A DNA stretch of 64,000 nt from a virus: positions 1-64,000 of the IMG/VR virus record IMGVR_UViG_3300037246_002669. The stretch is one strand, 5' to 3'. The notes beneath the pieces are model-generated. The model made no database searches, was not told the DNA's origin, and worked only from the letters and a program-made list of their open reading frames with translations. A program made the position numbers and the translations under genes. Position 1 is the first letter of the stretch. The number at the start of each line of letters is the position of its first letter. Positions 9,400-19,185 of this stretch are shown in pieces.

Positions 9400-10899
9400 T
9401 TATTTCCTGACAAGTTCCCACGGTATGTGAGTTGTTTTCCATCCGAAATCTCTTCGTAACCTCCAGAACATCCTCCATCTCCATGGTAAGTGTTTGTGAT
9501 ACTTGGCCGACTTAAAATAGTCATACTTCAGGATATCCACCCCGGCCATGGAGGGCAACTTAACTTCAGCGGGCACTTTCATCAGATTAACTTTTTTGAT
9601 TTTCAGCCGATCAAGTTCCCCCATGAGAGTCTTGATGGTATTGGTGATCTTGTCCCCTTCGTTCTGTTCTCTGAAGAAATCCAGCATGCTACTTTCAAAC
9701 AGTTCATTCGTGTCAGCTTTCTGCAGAATATTAGGGATAAAGTAATCCTCATACCATGTGACGAACAAAAGATAGGCGTCCTCCCGGTTTTTATAAATCC
9801 AACTGATTTTCGCTATTGCCTCGACGGGGTTTTTAACATAAAAGGGATACTCAACCCCGCACAAACTTCGACTCCATTTGGCGTCTACCATAACACCAAT
9901 GACCCCTAACTTCAACAGTTCGACTAAGCCCTTGGGAAGCCCCTCCGTTCTGGAAAAAGAGATAAAAACATTAGCGTCTTTTGCCAATTCCCAGAACTCC
10001 TCGCGTTTGGGGTGTTCCACGTCCAAAAACTTGTAGTCATTGGCATACTCAGGGATCATGTTCAGACTGTTGGTAAACAGTTTCACTTTTAAATCATAAC
10101 CATCTGGGATCAACTTGGCATGGATAACTTTGAGGGTGTCATGTACCAGATCAAATCGTCGGGTGGTTATCTGCACGCGCTGTGAGAAAATAACTTTGAA
10201 GGGACTTTGCGCCATGAAAGAATCATACGCCTCATCACTGAGAGGATAATTATCATCTAAAGGATGGGATGGCCATGTCACAACCAGCTTCTTGTCAAGT
10301 TCCCTCACACGACTGGGAGAAAGCCACTTTTTAGCTTCCGTCATAATGCCCTGTTTCTCCCAGTCAGCCTGAATAAATGACTGATGGAATGCCATATAAC
10401 TGGAAAGCGTAGACAGGGAAAGCGTGGCCTCGTCGATAGTTCCCCGCTTGCACGCAATCGTTTCTTTGAATGGCAGAAACGGGAATGTTTCATATAGAAC
10501 CATATACTTCTGCAAGGGTCCGGTGGTGTTAGTGATTCTTCTCCACCACAGTGCGTTGTTCCGGTTGGTCAAGAGGACATCCCAATCTCCGTAAGGCCCC
10601 CACTCTTTAGCGAGGTTCTGCACTTCGTCGGTGGGAAGCCATGTTTCTCTGTAGCGGCAGGATCTGCGTTTTACGTAGAGAGGAGTTATGCGCGGATGAT
10701 CTATGTCCACATCCACAGTGAAGGAGTATTCAGGATCGGGTAGCAGGAGGTACACTCTTCTATTTTTGCCTTTCTCCAGCCATGCTCTTGCAATTTGCAG
10801 GCATGTGAAAGTAGGGGCACATTTACTGAGCACCGGGGATGTAAAAACCGGGTCCACAAGCATTTTCAGGTCGTCGGGCATCTTGAACTTTTTCACCAT
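9400..10899 (-). CDS. GT-B fold glycosyltransferase (possibly DNA-modifying)
   Basis: C-terminal ANVFISFSRTEGLPKGLVELLKLG (ExxxxxxxE) motif; start MVKKF after AGGAG. Confidence 0.72.
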   Translation of the reverse strand: MVKKFKMPDDLKMLVDPVFTSPVLSKCAPTFTCLQIARAWLEKGKNRRVYLLLPDPEYSFTVDVDIDHPRITPLYVKRRSCRYRETWLPTDEVQNLAKEWGPYGDWDVLLTNRNNALWWRRITNTTGPLQKYMVLYETFPFLPFKETIACKRGTIDEATLSLSTLSSYMAFHQSFIQADWEKQGIMTEAKKWLSPSRVRELDKKLVVTWPSHPLDDNYPLSDEAYDSFMAQSPFKVIFSQRVQITTRRFDLVHDTLKVIHAKLIPDGYDLKVKLFTNSLNMIPEYANDYKFLDVEHPKREEFWELAKDANVFISFSRTEGLPKGLVELLKLGVIGVMVDAKWSRSLCGVEYPFYVKNPVEAIAKISWIYKNREDAYLLFVTWYEDYFIPNILQKADTNELFESSMLDFFREQNEGDKITNTIKTLMGELDRLKIKKVNLMKVPAEVKLPSMAGVDILKYDYFKSAKYHKHLPWRWRMFWRLRRDFGWKTTHIPWELVRK

Positions 10900-11000
10900 T
10901 TTTGGATCTCCTGTACTTGGTACAAAAAAGCCCCATGAGCATAGGGACTGCCGCACAGGGACTTCTTAGGTAGGTAACAATTTTTTAATGGAATGAACTG

Positions 11001-12014
11001 TTATTTTTCGGCGCGTTTTGTCAATAGCCATTCCACACAATCTTGAATTACTGGACCTACTTTAGCATCCCATGCATGTTTAACTTGCCGTGGAGCAAGT
11101 CCTCCTATTGCCAACTTTGCCCTTAATGCCGGCAGCCACCACAAAGTATCAATGCAGGAGGGTTGCCCTGTGGCATCCTCATCCGTAACATAATTGACTA
11201 TGTCCATGGGCATGTAAGCGGAAACAAGTAAAAACCACGTTGTTCGAAAAGTAACCAAGTCATTGCTAAACATACGAAACTTTGGCAGGTGGTTCCGTTC
11301 AAACATCCCCATGGCTGTTTTACCGGCAAAGGTATGCATGTCAAAGCAGTACCAGGGGATATCAACCGTGATTGGTTTCCGCCTTTCCCCCACTCTATTA
11401 ATCCATCGGGCAATGCCATCCTGAATATCCAGGGCAACTATCTTCGGGTCAATTCCTCGGAAAGCCGTCAAAAGCATTCCAGTCAAGCAAATGAACCGAT
11501 CCCCAAGCATACCGCCCTTGAAAACTCGCTCCTTCATTAGGTCCAGGGCAGCCAATTCGTACTCTGATGGATCGAATATAGATAGAGCATAGTCATATAC
11601 GGAGTTGGCCACGGAAGAGGGCTCACCGTCCCCCACCTCCTCCATGATGTGCCGGGCAGCTTCCAGTTCAGGGTGGTTGTTGCAGAAAGAACTTGAGGGT
11701 TCCCTCATCATAAAGTAAAGTCCATGAGTGTCTTTACTTTTTGTTGCCACCACCAGTTTGTAGATGAACTTCCTCAAATCATCATCTGATCGCATTCCGG
11801 GAGGGGTTTTCATAAACTCGGCATACTCACCTATCATATGCCATGCCTCTTCGACAACAAGAGTAACCATCCTCCACTCCAGCCACGACTTTTGTTTGTA
11901 ATCGGAAAATAACATATCCAGCGCCGTTTTAGCCAGATCCAGATCGCCCCGCCTGATAGCTTTTTGGATGGCCGACCGGGAACCATACATCATATCATCA
12001 TTGCATAACCTCAT
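11001..12014 (-). CDS. MgsA/RarA C-terminal-like domain protein without ATPase
   Basis: SAIQKAIRRGDLDLA and PWYCFDMHTxxG motifs; no Walker A. Confidence 0.55.
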   Translation of the reverse strand: MRLCNDDMMYGSRSAIQKAIRRGDLDLAKTALDMLFSDYKQKSWLEWRMVTLVVEEAWHMIGEYAEFMKTPPGMRSDDDLRKFIYKLVVATKSKDTHGLYFMMREPSSSFCNNHPELEAARHIMEEVGDGEPSSVANSVYDYALSIFDPSEYELAALDLMKERVFKGGMLGDRFICLTGMLLTAFRGIDPKIVALDIQDGIARWINRVGERRKPITVDIPWYCFDMHTFAGKTAMGMFERNHLPKFRMFSNDLVTFRTTWFLLVSAYMPMDIVNYVTDEDATGQPSCIDTLWWLPALRAKLAIGGLAPRQVKHAWDAKVGPVIQDCVEWLLTKRAEK

Positions 12015-12066
12015 TTCAAACTCATCTCCTTTTGCAATAAATTTCAAATCCCGACTTGATATACCA

Positions 12067-12095
12067 GTTCTAATATATGGTCAATTTATTGTCAA
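12067..12095 (-). promoter_or_regulatory. sigma70-type promoter (TTGACA-17-TAGAAC)
   Basis: Exact -35 with 17-bp spacer; palindrome variant 12031-12048 just downstream. Confidence 0.55.
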
Positions 12096-12118
12096 ACTTA
12101 ATAAGATAAAAAGAGCAC

Positions 12119-12151
12119 AAAAAAGGTGCCGCCCATGATAGACAGCACCTT
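12119..12151 (-). terminator. Intrinsic terminator
   Basis: AAGGTGCTGTC...GGCGGCACCTT followed by U-run, after the 12167 gene. Confidence 0.75.
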
Positions 12152-12166
12152 GCCTCGTGCCGGAAC

Positions 12167-13189
12167 TTACCCTTTGATTCCGAGAAGATCGTCGATTGAT
12201 TCTGACTTCTTCGATGCGGCTTTGTCGGGGGACTTCGCTGTTACCTTTCCCTTTGTCCGGGGAGGAACGGTCTTTTTCGCAGCAGTTCCCTTTTTCGCGG
12301 GCGGGGACTTCTTTGCCCCAGGGGACTTCTTTTTCGCGGGCGTGGACTTCTTTGTGGCATCCTTTGCGGCAGCAGTCTTTTCCTTTGCCAGGGACTCCTC
12401 CGCTTTGGCCTTCATGACCTCTGCGGATGACTCATCCCCCTCATCTTCGGAAGGGGACACGGCCAACTTCACCCCGTAGATTTTTTCGAGGAAGGCGATC
12501 TGGTTTTCCAGGGTCACTGTTTCCATATCGGTGCCGGAAGTCTGCATCCACTCCTGGGCAATGTACACGAGCGCGTTGACATCGTTCTCCGTGTCGAGTA
12601 CTTTTTTGGCAGTATTGATGGCTTCGGTCATGATGCTGCCTTCGTCGGAGTTCATGGTGAGTTTCATCACGACCGGGAGATTTTCCGGACCGCCAGACTC
12701 CCCGGTCTTTTTCTTTTTCCCAACATACATTTTCACTGCCTCGATCACCTCGTCGGTGGTCATGTCCTTGGCCTTATCCATCCACTGTTTGTGATTTGTC
12801 TTGTCGATGATGCGGGACAGTTCCTTCATCTTTGTCCAGCCCATCTTCTGAACTTCGTTGTCGTCAAGGTCCAACTCTTTCACGATGTCGGCGATATCCA
12901 CGAGATACATGGATTTGCGATAATGGATATCCAGTTCGTCTGACACGAATTCGGTAAACCCCTTGCGGCCCTTTTTATACCCCCACTGCTCGTGCATGTC
13001 GCTGTGGTACGCCTCGTACAGCAAATGGGCCAGTTTGATGTACCCCTGGGAGATATCCCTGTCAGCGGATTTGATCTCCTTGTAAACGACATCGTGGCGC
13101 TCATGGGTACTGATCTTGGTACCGGTGGCGGAAGTAGTTTTGGTTTTGGTACCGGTGGCGGAAGTAGTTTTGGTTCTCTTGGCAGACAT
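12167..13189 (-). CDS. Hypothetical protein with histone H1-like Lys/Ala/Pro tail
   Basis: 340 aa; KKSPGAKKSPPAKK tail; 30-bp coding duplication near the N-terminus; strong RBS. Confidence 0.75.
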   Translation of the reverse strand: MSAKRTKTTSATGTKTKTTSATGTKISTHERHDVVYKEIKSADRDISQGYIKLAHLLYEAYHSDMHEQWGYKKGRKGFTEFVSDELDIHYRKSMYLVDIADIVKELDLDDNEVQKMGWTKMKELSRIIDKTNHKQWMDKAKDMTTDEVIEAVKMYVGKKKKTGESGGPENLPVVMKLTMNSDEGSIMTEAINTAKKVLDTENDVNALVYIAQEWMQTSGTDMETVTLENQIAFLEKIYGVKLAVSPSEDEGDESSAEVMKAKAEESLAKEKTAAAKDATKKSTPAKKKSPGAKKSPPAKKGTAAKKTVPPRTKGKVTAKSPDKAASKKSESIDDLLGIKG

Positions 13190-13252
13190 GACACATCTCC
13201 TTTAAATTAGGTACTTCTTTGTTGTGATTTACTCGGTTAAAATCAACAGGTA

Positions 13253-14851
13253 TTATTTTCCGCCGTTTTTCCTGCGGAGTTGTCGAACTTTACTATTTGC
13301 GTTCTTTTTGTCCAACACTTCAGGAGTGGACACACTCCGGGCACGAGCTGCACACCATTCCCGGATTGCCCTCACTTCCGTTTCATCCCGGGTGGACTGG
13401 GGAACTACCAGCGAAATGGCTTCCAGAATATGTTCGGATGTAAACTCTACCCCCTCATTGAATGCCTTAAACATAGCATCTTCAATGACACCCTCGATTT
13501 CAGCACCCACAAAACCATCGGTTTTTTTTGCGAGTAAAAGGGTTTTGTAATCGTCCGGATCACGACCTTTTTTACGGATGTGAATGCAGAAGATAACTTC
13601 ACGTTCCCCCTGCTGCGGAAGATCGGTTGCCCATACTTCATCCAATCGACCCCGACGATATAGCATGGATGGCAGGGTTTCCACATCGTTAGCAGTTGCC
13701 ACCAACATTACCGGTGAGGTAGTTTCCTGCCTCCACGTTAAAAGAGTGGTGACAACTCTCGACATGACGCCCCCGTCATTCTCCCCGGAACCATTTCCGC
13801 CCTTTAGACCCTTGTCGATTTCGTCGATCCAGAGGACAACCGGGGAGACTGCTTCGATTACATCCAGAGCCATTCGAATGGCTCTTTCGGACTCACCAAC
13901 AAGACTTTTCATGATCTTGCCCATGTCCATCCGAACCAGCGGAATTTTCAGGTGAGTACTGCAGGCTTTTGCGGTCAGACTCTTCCCGGTGCCGGCAGGG
14001 CCTACGATAAGCATACCCTTGGGATATGGCAGCCCGTACTCCCTTGCCTCATCAGTGAAAACCCGTTCCTTCAATTGCAGGTCAGCTTTAAGGGCATCGA
14101 ACCCGCCCACTGTCTCCATTGACTCGGCAGTGTCAATATATTCCAGCACATCTGATTTCCGAACCGCCTCCGCCTTTGCCATGTGAATGGCCTTAACATC
14201 CACTCCCTCATGCATGGCAATTGTCAGCGCCAAGGCGTTTTCAGCTCCGATCATGGTAAGCCCTACTGCCGCGTTGGCAGCACCAGCGACAAGAGCATCC
14301 ATTTCCTCACTGTCTTCCGGAAGTTCGATATCATCGGAATATGTGTCCAGGAGGGAGGCGAACTCTTCGGCGATTTGATCTTTGGTAGGTAGTTTGCAAC
14401 TGTGGTACGTAATAAGGTGCTGCAGTTCAGGCGGGAGTGTGACATGGGTTCCGATAAGAACGATACTATTTCCGGTGATACGGGCAGCTTCAATGGAGTC
14501 GGCCAACTGCTGGACAATTTGGAAGTTGTCAATAAACTGACGGACGTTATGACACACCAAAATGCAAGAGTGCCCCTCATGCTTTTCAGGATTCCATGCC
14601 TGCACAAATCCCAATGCTTCCAGAAAATCCTCGATGTCTTCGTGACTTTTCATATGTTCGTTGGCATCCCCGGCTAATCCGGATCGCAAACCAGTTGTAC
14701 ACTTCCATACTGCAAGGGTGGAAGATCCAAGGTTAAGTTCCACCATTGCCCGCCGTACTTCAGTTTCGGCAGCATTGGGTTCCTGTGTCTGCATGAGCAC
14801 ACAAGGGTAATTGGCGACAAGGTAATTCTTGATGGTAGGTTGCTCTGCCAT
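13253..14851 (-). CDS. AAA+ ATPase, Ycf46-like
   Basis: GPAGTGKS, LWIDEIDKG, VATAND, RRGRLDE; degenerate N-terminal AAA; C-terminal IREWCAARARSVS typical of the Ycf46 family. Confidence 0.88.
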   Translation of the reverse strand: MAEQPTIKNYLVANYPCVLMQTQEPNAAETEVRRAMVELNLGSSTLAVWKCTTGLRSGLAGDANEHMKSHEDIEDFLEALGFVQAWNPEKHEGHSCILVCHNVRQFIDNFQIVQQLADSIEAARITGNSIVLIGTHVTLPPELQHLITYHSCKLPTKDQIAEEFASLLDTYSDDIELPEDSEEMDALVAGAANAAVGLTMIGAENALALTIAMHEGVDVKAIHMAKAEAVRKSDVLEYIDTAESMETVGGFDALKADLQLKERVFTDEAREYGLPYPKGMLIVGPAGTGKSLTAKACSTHLKIPLVRMDMGKIMKSLVGESERAIRMALDVIEAVSPVVLWIDEIDKGLKGGNGSGENDGGVMSRVVTTLLTWRQETTSPVMLVATANDVETLPSMLYRRGRLDEVWATDLPQQGEREVIFCIHIRKKGRDPDDYKTLLLAKKTDGFVGAEIEGVIEDAMFKAFNEGVEFTSEHILEAISLVVPQSTRDETEVRAIREWCAARARSVSTPEVLDKKNANSKVRQLRRKNGGK

Positions 14852-14965
14852 TAATATATACTCCTCAAGTTTAAGGTCAAACAGGCACCGAATTATTTCC
14901 CGACAAACCGTATGCCTATTGAAGGGGGGATGAATCGTATTTCCTGTTTCCCTCCATTCACGTAC

Positions 14966-14994
14966 AAGCTAACACTGGATGTTTTTTGTGTCAA
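14966..14994 (-). promoter_or_regulatory. sigma70-type promoter (TTGACA-17-TAGCTT, extended TG)
   Basis: Consensus spacing upstream of the AAA gene. Confidence 0.7.
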
Positions 14995-15060
14995 GGAATT
15001 TCCATTAAAAATTTGCAATTTGTTGCAAATAGTTGGCAAATCACTGAAACCATACATAAA

Positions 15061-15621
15061 TCAAGAAGAAGGTTTGAAGAGCGCGTGTTGTTTATATATG
15101 GAAACTATAACATTTTTCTCGTAAACAGTGAGTTCCCGTTTCGGGAAGTCAGGATTGACCACATGATATCCCAGGTCCGCGAGAGCCAGCGAGAAAGTTT
15201 GGTCATTGTCAGGAAACTCCACTCCCCACTTCTTATAAACTGCGAGTGGCATTTGATCTTTCTTCATGTTACCTTTGCCACTTGCCCACTTTTTGATTGC
15301 GGAACTTGAGATAGGGAGGGGCGCTTTACCATTCCGTAACCATGCAAAAGTTTTCACTACACCACCCAGTTCAGCGAGGCCGGTGATGCTACTTGTGCCG
15401 CCTTTTCCGACTTTACCGAATGCATAATCTTCAACGAAGACCACATCTTCCGGTTGCGTGTTCTCCAAGAGCGTGTTAGCTATCTCCCGGTATCGAGCGA
15501 GGGATAACGTCTCCGGGGTAGTTTTCACATGTGTTGACCAGCAGTACACCTCATCCGGCCCCACTATGGTCATTCCTGTTCCAGCCAATGACAAATCAAG
15601 CCCTACTGCCCTTCGTACCAT
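15061..15621 (-). CDS. ruvC: RuvC-like Holliday junction resolvase
   Basis: GLDLSLAGTG, VFVEDY, LAELGGVVK, IKKWASGKGN..K, DNDQ..S..LA. Confidence 0.85.
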   Translation of the reverse strand: MVRRAVGLDLSLAGTGMTIVGPDEVYCWSTHVKTTPETLSLARYREIANTLLENTQPEDVVFVEDYAFGKVGKGGTSSITGLAELGGVVKTFAWLRNGKAPLPISSSAIKKWASGKGNMKKDQMPLAVYKKWGVEFPDNDQTFSLALADLGYHVVNPDFPKRELTVYEKNVIVSIYKQHALFKPSS

Positions 15622-15632
15622 CGTATTCTCCT

Positions 15633-16688
15633 TTATTTACGTTCTTCCCGCCTTCGCACCTCAGCGAGTTTCATGCAGTCTTTCTTCACCGGGCAGGACT
15701 TACTCTGATAGCAGCCAAAATCGGATTTGTCACACTTTGCATTAACAGCAGGCAGTTGATGCGGATAGTTTTCTATGCCTCTACTGTATGAGCGCAACTT
15801 ATCTTGCATCCTCCCCATTAACTTTTCGTTCCTTTCCACCCGGAACATCTTCATGGGCAAAGTTTTAGCCATATACCCTTTCGAGATGTACAATATATAT
15901 CCCACTTCTTCGTCAATTTCAACAGGTAATCGCGACTTGCTGTGATTGCATGAGGACATGTACCCGCTAATTTGCCAAACATGCTCTATATCGGGTGCCT
16001 TCAACTTTGTGAAAAGATCCCCGGACAATGATTTAATCTCAGTAACTCGCAACTTGTTTCCCCAGGAGCGTTTTGCAAGAAACATATCAGGATGGCCGGT
16101 CATAGGGAACTCTCCGTGTGTTTCCAAACTATGTTCTTCGTAAACAAAAGCAGCAGAAAGTGCCCCGCAGTGGTCACACTTCCTTTTAGAGGAGGGAGGA
16201 GGGCCAAAGTACACTACCTTGCTGCACGCTAAACACTTCCACCACCCACGTCTTCTGTCCCCAAATATCGCATCCCCGTTTTGTGCCCAATAATGAAGTG
16301 CATCCCCGATACCGAATGTTATCTTCATTTTGAAGTTTGCGGACTTTTCAAACTCCACTTTATTGTGACTGCCGATGCAGCATTGTCGAATACAGGTTTT
16401 GTACAGTCCTGAAGCGCGGGGTTTTCGGATAAAGAGGGTTTCCACTCTGCCCAGCAGTTTTACATGATCACTGGCAAGAGTGAAAGGATCGTACTCCTTT
16501 TCATAATCATCATTACCAGTGACCCCCATCTGCGGCGGTTTCGGAGTCCCTTGCGACATATCCGGGAACAAATTCTGGGCCGGGAAATCCCCAAGATCTT
16601 CGGACAAATCGTTTTTTACTTGAGTAGATCCTTTTTCCGTAGATGCATTCCGTCGAAGGAGGCTACTTGCCGACTCTGCAAATGTCAT
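15633..16688 (-). CDS. Cas4-like PD-(D/E)XK exonuclease
   Basis: RASG...C.R, G.ALH, GHPD, EIKS, QxxxY, C-terminal Cys cluster, internal CxxC pairs. Confidence 0.75.
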   Translation of the reverse strand: MTFAESASSLLRRNASTEKGSTQVKNDLSEDLGDFPAQNLFPDMSQGTPKPPQMGVTGNDDYEKEYDPFTLASDHVKLLGRVETLFIRKPRASGLYKTCIRQCCIGSHNKVEFEKSANFKMKITFGIGDALHYWAQNGDAIFGDRRRGWWKCLACSKVVYFGPPPSSKRKCDHCGALSAAFVYEEHSLETHGEFPMTGHPDMFLAKRSWGNKLRVTEIKSLSGDLFTKLKAPDIEHVWQISGYMSSCNHSKSRLPVEIDEEVGYILYISKGYMAKTLPMKMFRVERNEKLMGRMQDKLRSYSRGIENYPHQLPAVNAKCDKSDFGCYQSKSCPVKKDCMKLAEVRRREERK

Positions 16689-16707
16689 TTCCTTACATCT
16701 CCTCCAA

Positions 16708-17265
16708 TTAGATTATTTTCTTTAACTCTTTATACAGGGTAATTCCTTCGTCGGTCATCACTTCATCAGTCCCCTGAGTAGGATCAATCCACCTGTATAA
16801 TGACCCAACATTTTTCTCCATCCGGTACCAGTGCTCGGCCAGTTCCCGGTCCTTACTCTTTCTATGCAGATCGTACTGGATGTCATCCACCAAACACAAG
16901 AGGGCTGTAAGATACGAAGCAGACCGGTACTTAACTTCCGTGACCCGTTCCAGTATGAACTGCGCGATTTTCTTTATCTTTGACTGATATCTATCATATT
17001 TTTTCTGGGGCAGTATCGGGTCAACTGCACCTCTGAAGATACGTTTGCGGATATGGATATCTCTGCCACGTATCCCGACGATAATGGTTTTGACAGTAGG
17101 TGGAAGGGTATTTCCTCTGTCATGCCGAGTCACAAGTTCGTAAAGAAATGACTCTATTATATCGGCAGTTAAATACTGTTGTTCGATGGAGCGATTCCAT
17201 GGAGCAACACCTTGACCTTCTTTCATTTCACGTTTTCGCGGTTCCAGTAAATTACTCATTACCAT
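16708..17265 (-). CDS. Hypothetical protein
   Basis: In-operon ORF. Confidence 0.6.
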   Translation of the reverse strand: MVMSNLLEPRKREMKEGQGVAPWNRSIEQQYLTADIIESFLYELVTRHDRGNTLPPTVKTIIVGIRGRDIHIRKRIFRGAVDPILPQKKYDRYQSKIKKIAQFILERVTEVKYRSASYLTALLCLVDDIQYDLHRKSKDRELAEHWYRMEKNVGSLYRWIDPTQGTDEVMTDEGITLYKELKKII

Positions 17266-17740
17266 AAAACTCCTTGTTGAGAGTCCAGGGAATAACCAAT
17301 AATTTCAAATGAGGGAATGTCTGCCGGAAGTGAGCGAGTTTCTTTTTCTGTGACACTCCCCATTTCCCCTTAACTTCCAGAAAAACTCCATAATCGATCA
17401 GGAAGAAATCGGGCAGGTACGACTTTCCGTCAAACTTTATGGTAAACGGTTCAAAGTCAAACTTTATGTTGTTCTTCTGTAGCCATGTAGCCACATGATA
17501 TTCGTACAGTGACCGGAAAAAGCCATGCAGGAACGGCGTATCACCGGAAACCGTATCTTCGTGGGGGTGAGCGGAGCCCTTCGTGCGGTCAAACCATACT
17601 TTTTGCTGCGCGTTCCTTGTCGCCCATTTGATGATGCATTCCTTTGAGCAAACGTAATCTCCCTCATGATCCAGATATTTGAACTGGGAAGCCTCCACCA
17701 TTTGCAATTTATTGCAAAATTGACACAATTTCCTCGGCAT
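17252..17740 (-). CDS. PD-(D/E)XK endonuclease with N-terminal Zn finger
   Basis: RSLYE...YLPDF...LEVKG; CQFC/CSKEC. Confidence 0.8.
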   Translation of the reverse strand: MPRKLCQFCNKLQMVEASQFKYLDHEGDYVCSKECIIKWATRNAQQKVWFDRTKGSAHPHEDTVSGDTPFLHGFFRSLYEYHVATWLQKNNIKFDFEPFTIKFDGKSYLPDFFLIDYGVFLEVKGKWGVSQKKKLAHFRQTFPHLKLLVIPWTLNKEFYGNE

Positions 17741-17774
17741 AACGTCATCTCCTCAAATATACGTATTCCGTATG

Positions 17775-18881
17775 TTACATCCGACTATCCATTTCTTCTT
17801 TGACGGCGTCGATAATAGCCCGTTGCGCAAGCCAGTAGTATTCCGGTTTTGTCTGCCACAACGTTTTGATCTGATCCAGCGTGGCAGCCTGAATGCCCAT
17901 CAACTGCCATTTACTCCCGACTTTCTCCACGATACCGAATTTCTTTGCATGGGTCATTACGGTAGCATAATCATCCACCTGTCCAATATTCAGCCCCAAC
18001 TCAGGGATAGGTTCGGTTGCCCTCACGTACTCTGCCACTCGCCCGAATGTCAGAACTTTTGACTTTCGGATTGCTACTGAATGACGGGTGGCCAGATCTT
18101 TACCCGAAGCAGTCCCAGCTTTGAACTTTTTCTTGTCAGGATCGGTAAGGGATTTTTTAGCACACCGGAATAGCAATGAAAACTCGTGTTTCATACCATG
18201 CCCGCCCGACATCGTTTCAGGATCTCCAAACATCTGGCCAATTTTCATACGTAATTGGTTAGTAAAAATTACAGTCACCGGGTGTCCGTTCTTCCGTTCT
18301 TGTATCATACGCTGTTTCAATTTCCGAACCATACGCCCAATCATTGCGGCCTGTTTTCCTATGAATCCCTGTTCTGCCTCGGAATCCATTTCTCCTGCAG
18401 GTACGAGAGCCGCCAGGGAATCTATCACTACAAGACCGCAGTCATCTGCAGTGATTGTCTGATCTGCAATATTGACGTGCTGTTCTCCGTAATCTGCATA
18501 CCCGATATGAACCCGGTCCATATCCATCCCCACCCGTTCGGCCCAGTCCCTGTCCAGGGTTCCCTCAACTTCCCCCCAGTAGGTATTCATACGCAAAGCA
18601 GATTCAGAACATGAGCAGAATTCAGCATGTTGAAAACATCGCCAGCATAACTTCCCTGCCATTGCCACTGCATTCATAGTCAAAGTGGTCTTCGAGCCGC
18701 CCTCCGGTCCCCAGAAACAACTTGAACCCCACAGTGGCAGTCCTCCTCCAGCTATCATGTCTACAGAAAACACTCCGGTAGGGAGACGTGGCGGATCACG
18801 TTGCAGTTCCTTGCCGGTTCGTATAGTGCCCATCCCGTACTTTTTGTTTTGCATCTCTCGCAGATCCGACATGTTCGCCAT
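17775..18881 (-). CDS. recA: RecA-like recombinase
   Basis: PTGVFSVD..GGGLP, GPEGGSKTT, VIDSLAAL, IFTNQLRMKIG.MFGDPET.SGG. Confidence 0.92.
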   Translation of the reverse strand: MANMSDLREMQNKKYGMGTIRTGKELQRDPPRLPTGVFSVDMIAGGGLPLWGSSCFWGPEGGSKTTLTMNAVAMAGKLCWRCFQHAEFCSCSESALRMNTYWGEVEGTLDRDWAERVGMDMDRVHIGYADYGEQHVNIADQTITADDCGLVVIDSLAALVPAGEMDSEAEQGFIGKQAAMIGRMVRKLKQRMIQERKNGHPVTVIFTNQLRMKIGQMFGDPETMSGGHGMKHEFSLLFRCAKKSLTDPDKKKFKAGTASGKDLATRHSVAIRKSKVLTFGRVAEYVRATEPIPELGLNIGQVDDYATVMTHAKKFGIVEKVGSKWQLMGIQAATLDQIKTLWQTKPEYYWLAQRAIIDAVKEEMDSRM

Positions 18882-18886
18882 TAGGA

Positions 18887-19180
18887 CTACTCCCTTGTTT
18901 CAGCTTCGTGTTTCTCGAATTCCATTGTTATCAATTTGTCCACCAACTTGTTCAAGGAATCATACGTGGAGCCGACTTCTTCCACGTAACAAGGAAGGGA
19001 AATTGTCACTGATCCCTTCACTGTTCCATAAGGAAATGAAAACCCCTTACTGACAGCAATACGGGCCGGGTCAGTAACGAACGGGCGGATGTTTATCTTT
19101 TCCACAGATCTCTTCAACCTGCCATTTACAGTTGCCGTAACCTCTATCTCACCATCCTCTTTAAATACCTGTCGTGCCAT
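18887..19180 (-). CDS. Hypothetical protein
   Basis: In-operon ORF. Confidence 0.6.
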   Translation of the reverse strand: MARQVFKEDGEIEVTATVNGRLKRSVEKINIRPFVTDPARIAVSKGFSFPYGTVKGSVTISLPCYVEEVGSTYDSLNKLVDKLITMEFEKHEAETRE

Positions 19181-19185
19181 TGAAT

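Noticed and set aside
15633-16688. Cas4 as evidence of a CRISPR system
   Set aside because: Stand-alone Cas4-like nucleases are common in phage recombination blocks; no array was seen.
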